A DNA stretch of 64,000 nt from Isurus oxyrinchus. Lineage: Eukaryota. Position numbers and translations under genes: made by a program. The stretch covers positions 496,001-560,000 of the forward strand of contig JANJGN010000150.1 in assembly GCA_026770705.1 (NCBI GenBank), given 5' to 3'. This document shows, in pieces, positions 61,341-64,000 of this stretch. The notes beneath the pieces were generated by a model. That model was not told the origin of the DNA, ran no database searches, and saw only the letters and a list, made by a program, of their open reading frames with translations. The number at the start of each line of letters is the position of its first letter. Position 1 is the first letter of the stretch.

Positions 61341-62289
61341 CTGAGGAGGGATTGAAAACAAGAATGAGAATTTCAGGGGAAATGACAGAAGGAAATGATG
61401 TTAAATTCATAGAGGGCGACAATATTAAAGGCACGAACATAATAATATCAAACTGCAGAAGAGACCAGTCTATCTGGGTGGTAGACGTAGAGTCATGTGC
61501 AAGAAACACCTCACCCAGAGGGACATCTCTTAGCTTAACCTCGACAAGGAGAAGAAGTGACTCAGCTGCAGGGAGAGCAGCAAAGTCAGAGTGAACAAGA
61601 CAAGTCGCCATTTCATCTGGGAGCTTCCCATCTCTGCCTGTCTCTTCTGATCTTCTGGCTCTGCTTTGATGCTTTGGTTTGTAACTAGAGGAGCTTCCTG
61701 CTCTTATACCTGAAACACTTGAAGGGGACAGCCGCGGGTGGGTAGCTGTGTGGTATCACACCCATTTCTGGATATTGCAGTGTCGATGTTCCCTGTCCCA
61801 CTGGCCTGGGACCAGCAGTAAGGTCACTGGGACATTGACTGTCTGGCACCGAGAACTATCAGTCCCTCCGCAACGCCCTTCACCTTGTGCAAATATGTGT
61901 TCATATTGATGCAACACAACATAGCAAAAACAGAGGGGCTGGTTCTTATGTCGGCAAATCAGGTGAAGCGCACGCCCCCTAACCCCTTACTCCTCTCATT
62001 GCTCCTCCTTCCTGCCAGACACTTACTATTTTACAAATTGTGTGCGTTGCTTTTATTTCGGACAAGGGGCCTCGAGGGGGAACTGATTTACGCTGAGGTT
62101 TAGGGGTTAACAGCCATGTCATGTGTTGATCGGTCAGTGTTTACCATGTGGAGACTGTCTGTCACCAGCTTTGTTAATGGTTTATCCAGGAACATTGAAG
62201 GGCATGAACGTTCTTGCTTTGTATGGAACAAGTTACCAACTGGGTTCAGTCATCGACTCAGACTCACATCAACATAAACTGGCTTCTGA

Positions 62290-62920
62290 CAGGTAAGTTT
62301 CTATTACATAAGGGTAGGAGGAGGCCACTTGGCCCCTCGAGCCTGCTCCACCATTCAAAGAGTTCATGGCTGATCTGCAAACTAGCCCCATATGCCTTTG
62401 TCCCATCTCCTTTAATACCTTTGGATAACAAAAATCTATCAGTCTCACAGGTTTAAAATGAACAACTTGATCGTGCATCAGTTCCTGTTTGGGGAAGAGA
62501 GTTCCAAATTTCTCCCACCCTTTGTACTTCCTAATTTAATTCCTTTTTAGGCTCTTACCCCGAGTCCCAGACTCCCCCCAACCAGGGGAAATGGTTTCTC
62601 TTTATCGCCCCCGATCTGTTCCCCTTAATATCATGCGAACTTTCATCAAATCTCCTGCTTAACATTCTAACTTCCAGGGAATACAAGCTGAGTTTGTGTT
62701 TAATCTCTCCTTGTGATTTAACCCTTGGAGTCCCGGTCTCATTCTGGTAAACTGACACTGCTCTCCCTCCGAGGTCAATATATCCTTCCTAAGGTGTGGG
62801 GCCCAGAATGTCTCACAGTGACTCCAGGTGTGGTCTAGCCAGGGCTTTATGTAGACTGAAGCATGACCTCTGCCCCCTTATATTCTAATCCGTGAGATAG
62901 AAAGGGCAGAGTTCCAGAAT
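62290..62920 (-). mobile_element. CR1 LINE 3' fragment
   Basis: GLEYKGAEVMLQS motif and CR1 tail. Confidence 0.7.
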
Positions 62921-64000
62921 TGTTGTGTTTATTCGACAACAGAATAACAGAGGAAGGTTTCCTCTCTGCCCTCTTCAGCCCCACTGGGAAGGTCAGGATG
63001 AGAAGGTTGGGCTGGGTCCCCTGTACTGGACACTCGCTGAATCTTCCAATGATAGTTCTGGGCTGGATTTCAAAACGCATAGACAAGGATTCAGTGTTCC
63101 ATCACATTCTGCCTTTGTCTCTTTTCCTCTCGTTCTCTTTCTCTACCATCCTCTGTCTCTATCTATCTATCTTTCTCCTCATTCTCTCCTGCTTCATCTC
63201 TATCACTTTCTTTCTACTTCTTTGTGTGTCTCTGTCTGTCTCTCTCTCTCACTCTTTCTTTCCTTGTCCTTATCTCTTTCAGTGTCTCCCTCTTTCTCTC
63301 TCTCTCTCTCTCTCTAAATGTGACCCTCTCTAACAGTTTGGCCCAGTACTCTTATTTCCCTGTTTTACTGGTGTTCCATTTGAAGGTATACAAGACCAAT
63401 TCAGACCAGAATGTTTATTTTCCAGTGTTTACTGTGTTTTTTTCATTCTGGGTGTCTCTCGACTCTGTCTGTCCCTCTCTGTCCTTTTATTTCATTCTTT
63501 CATGTGATGTGGACATCACTGCCTAGGCCAGCATTTATTGCCCAACCCTAATTGCCCTTGTTCAGAGGCCACTTTTTAAAAGTGAACCACATTGCTGTGG
63601 GTCTGGAGTCACATGTAGGCCAGACCAGGTAAGGACAGCAGATTTCCCTCCCTAAAGGGCATTTGTGACCCAAATACAAGAATCAGCAATGGTTTCCTGG
63701 TCATCATCGGACTTTTAATTCCAGGTTTTTATTGAGTTCAAATTCCACCAACTGCTGTGGTGGGATTCTAACCAGGGTCCCAGGAGCATTACACTGGGTC
63801 TCTGGATTACTGGTCCAGTGAAAATACCATCAGGCCAACACCTCCCCACTCTTCCCTTCCACCATATTTCACACTTGTTCTCTCTCTCTCTCACTCTCCT
63901 TCTCTCTTCTCCCTCTCTCAGTCTCTGTCTGTCTCTCAATCTCTCTATTGCTCTCTCTCTCCCTGTCGCTCTCTCTCTGACTGTCTCCCTCCCTATATCT

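Overview
Eukaryotic, repeat-rich vertebrate DNA. The CR1, L2, DeuSINE and Penelope-type repeats and the 33-bp satellite point to a cartilaginous fish (shark); this is an inference. The + strand carries a tandem cluster of three Siglec-like (sialic-acid-binding Ig-like lectin) gene units, most of whose exons are missed or mis-bounded by the ORF track. Unit A (1.8-21.2 kb) has a leader, two V-set exons, one C2 exon, an assembly gap, a neutral TM exon and a tandemly duplicated two-exon cytoplasmic tail with Tyr motifs (inhibitory type). Unit B (26.3-44.4 kb) has four tandem promoter/leader cassettes, V-C2-C2-C2-C2 and a TM exon with a 1-nt insertion and no tail exons. Unit C (45.2-52.6 kb) has two leader cassettes, a deleted V exon, one intact and one truncated C2 exon, and an unrelated TM exon with an intramembrane Arg and a 12-aa tail (activating type). 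The main candidate novelty is a paired inhibitory/activating Siglec-like receptor system built from phase-1 exon cassettes. The rest is LINE fragments, a decayed Gypsy element, solo LTRs, Penelope ends with hammerhead-like cores and several minisatellites. Exon boundaries were read by eye from GT-AG sites and frame; nothing here has transcript support.
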